Made by a program: the position numbers and the translations under genes | Shown here: positions 5,247-6,065 of the stretch, in pieces | Numbering within the stretch: the stretch's first letter is position 1 | Layout: each line of letters starts with the position of its first letter | The notes under the pieces: generated by a model | The model's input: only the letters and a program-made list of their open reading frames with translations | The model's database searches: none | What the model was told of the DNA's origin: nothing | Origin: a virus | Virus record (IMG/VR): IMGVR_UViG_3300020040_000001 | Coordinates: 1 to 6,065 of that record | Direction: 5' to 3' (one strand) | Length of the DNA stretch: 6,065 nt

Positions 5247-6065
5247 ATGATTGCCCCTATTGCTGCTGCTGCCGCCACTACCTCTTTTGGTCGCGCACTT
5301 GGTGAATCTGCCGCCTCTACCGGAACTACAGGTTTGATCAACGGCTTCCTAGGTCAGCTCTTTGGTGGCATGAACGCCCGTCGCCAATGGCGTTTTCAGC
5401 AGAAACAGATGAAACTTCAACAGCAGTATGCCTTAGAGCAGATGCAGAAGCAGTCTGAGCTTTCCTATGCTAATTGGCAGAAGCAATTCGACTACGAGAA
5501 TGCTTATAATGACCCTTCAAAGGTTTTCGATCGTTACTTGAAGGCTGGCGTAACACCTGCTGCTGTTTTAGGCTCTTCAGGTGTCGGCGTAAATGCCACG
5601 ATGTCTGGTGGTTCAGCATCCATGCCTTCTGCCTCCGGCCCTACGGGCGGCTCGCCTATTGCTTCTGGTGGTTTTGCCGCTACCGATCCTACTGCTATTG
5701 CGCAGAATATGATGGCACGATCTTCGGTTAATCGCAACGATGCTGCCGCTAATCGCGATAATGCTGAAGCTGAGCTTATGAGAGGTAATACCCATAGCGC
5801 AGACTGGCGAAAGGAAATGGATGAGCTGGAGAAAAAATCCTTAGAGCATCATATCGATAACGTTTCTGAATTAATCCGCCTCAATCGCGCTTTAGCCGAC
5901 ATCCATGCTGCTGATGCTGAATACGCTGATCTTATGGCTACGTACAAGTTTCAAGATTTTGTTGCTATGTATTCGAAACATGTTGAAGAGGCGAATCAGG
6001 TTAAGAAGTACAATGACAAATACTTCGATTCTGTTTACGCTGCTCAGATTGCCCGAGACTTCGCC
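5247..6065 (+). CDS. DNA pilot / minor capsid protein VP2, N-terminal 273 codons. It runs off the window end and continues at 122..559 through the circular junction (bases 5945-6065 duplicate 1-121).
   Basis: This ORF is absent from the supplied track because it has no stop in the window. It starts at the first ATG after an in-frame TAA (5232-5234). My translation is MIAPIAAAAATTSFGRALGESAASTGTTGLINGFLGQLFGG..RRQWRFQQKQMKLQQQYALEQMQKQ..YENAYNDPSKVFDRYLKAGVTPAAVLG..., followed by a Gly/Ser/Pro-rich linker and a long helical region. The YN.PS....R.LKAG..P..V.G block (5490-5573) and the Gly/Ala-rich N-terminus are what I remember from gut Microviridae VP2 proteins. Confidence 0.85.
   Translation, partial: MIAPIAAAAATTSFGRALGESAASTGTTGLINGFLGQLFGGMNARRQWRFQQKQMKLQQQYALEQMQKQSELSYANWQKQFDYENAYNDPSKVFDRYLKAGVTPAAVLGSSGVGVNATMSGGSASMPSASGPTGGSPIASGGFAATDPTAIAQNMMARSSVNRNDAAANRDNAEAELMRGNTHSADWRKEMDELEKKSLEHHIDNVSELIRLNRALADIHAADAEYADLMATYKFQDFVAMYSKHVEEANQVKKYNDKYFDSVYAAQIARDFA
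5945..6065. repeat. Terminal redundancy (copy 2), identical to 1-121
   Basis: Exact 121-nt identity with the window start, verified by hand. Confidence 0.95.

Noticed and set aside
5262-5276. A gctgctgctgccgcc trinucleotide run as a tandem repeat.
   Set aside because: It simply encodes the poly-Ala stretch of the VP2 N-terminus. It is too short to call a repeat element.

Overview
The window is a complete, circularly permuted genome of a small ssDNA phage of the family Microviridae, from a non-phiX174 lineage with gokushovirus/alpavirus-like gene content. Bases 1-121 recur exactly at 5945-6065, so the unit genome is 5944 nt. Closing the circle fuses the open frame that starts at 5247 with the ORF ending at 559 into one 418-aa VP2/pilot protein. 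All credible genes are on the + strand and tightly packed. In order they are: a 66-aa ORF, the Rep/VP4 HUH endonuclease, the major capsid protein VP1 (596 aa), an acidic 98-aa ORF, a small membrane/lipoprotein ORF, VP2, a basic 106-aa ORF and an acidic 107-aa ORF. The genes are followed by the only long non-coding region (1302-1546). It starts with a textbook intrinsic terminator and is followed by several hairpins, including a d(GCGAAGC)-type mini-hairpin. No gene has a Shine-Dalgarno sequence, and one intergenic Bacteroides-type promoter match exists, which tentatively suggests a Bacteroidota host. I found no tRNA, rRNA, CRISPR array, integrase, transposase or recognisable lysin. The parts worth following up are the uncharacterised small ORFs (three between VP2 and Rep, two between VP1 and VP2), a candidate lysis or exclusion lipoprotein, and the structured non-coding region as a candidate origin. 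Many long hydrophobic overlapping ORFs in the +1 frame are most likely compositional artefacts.
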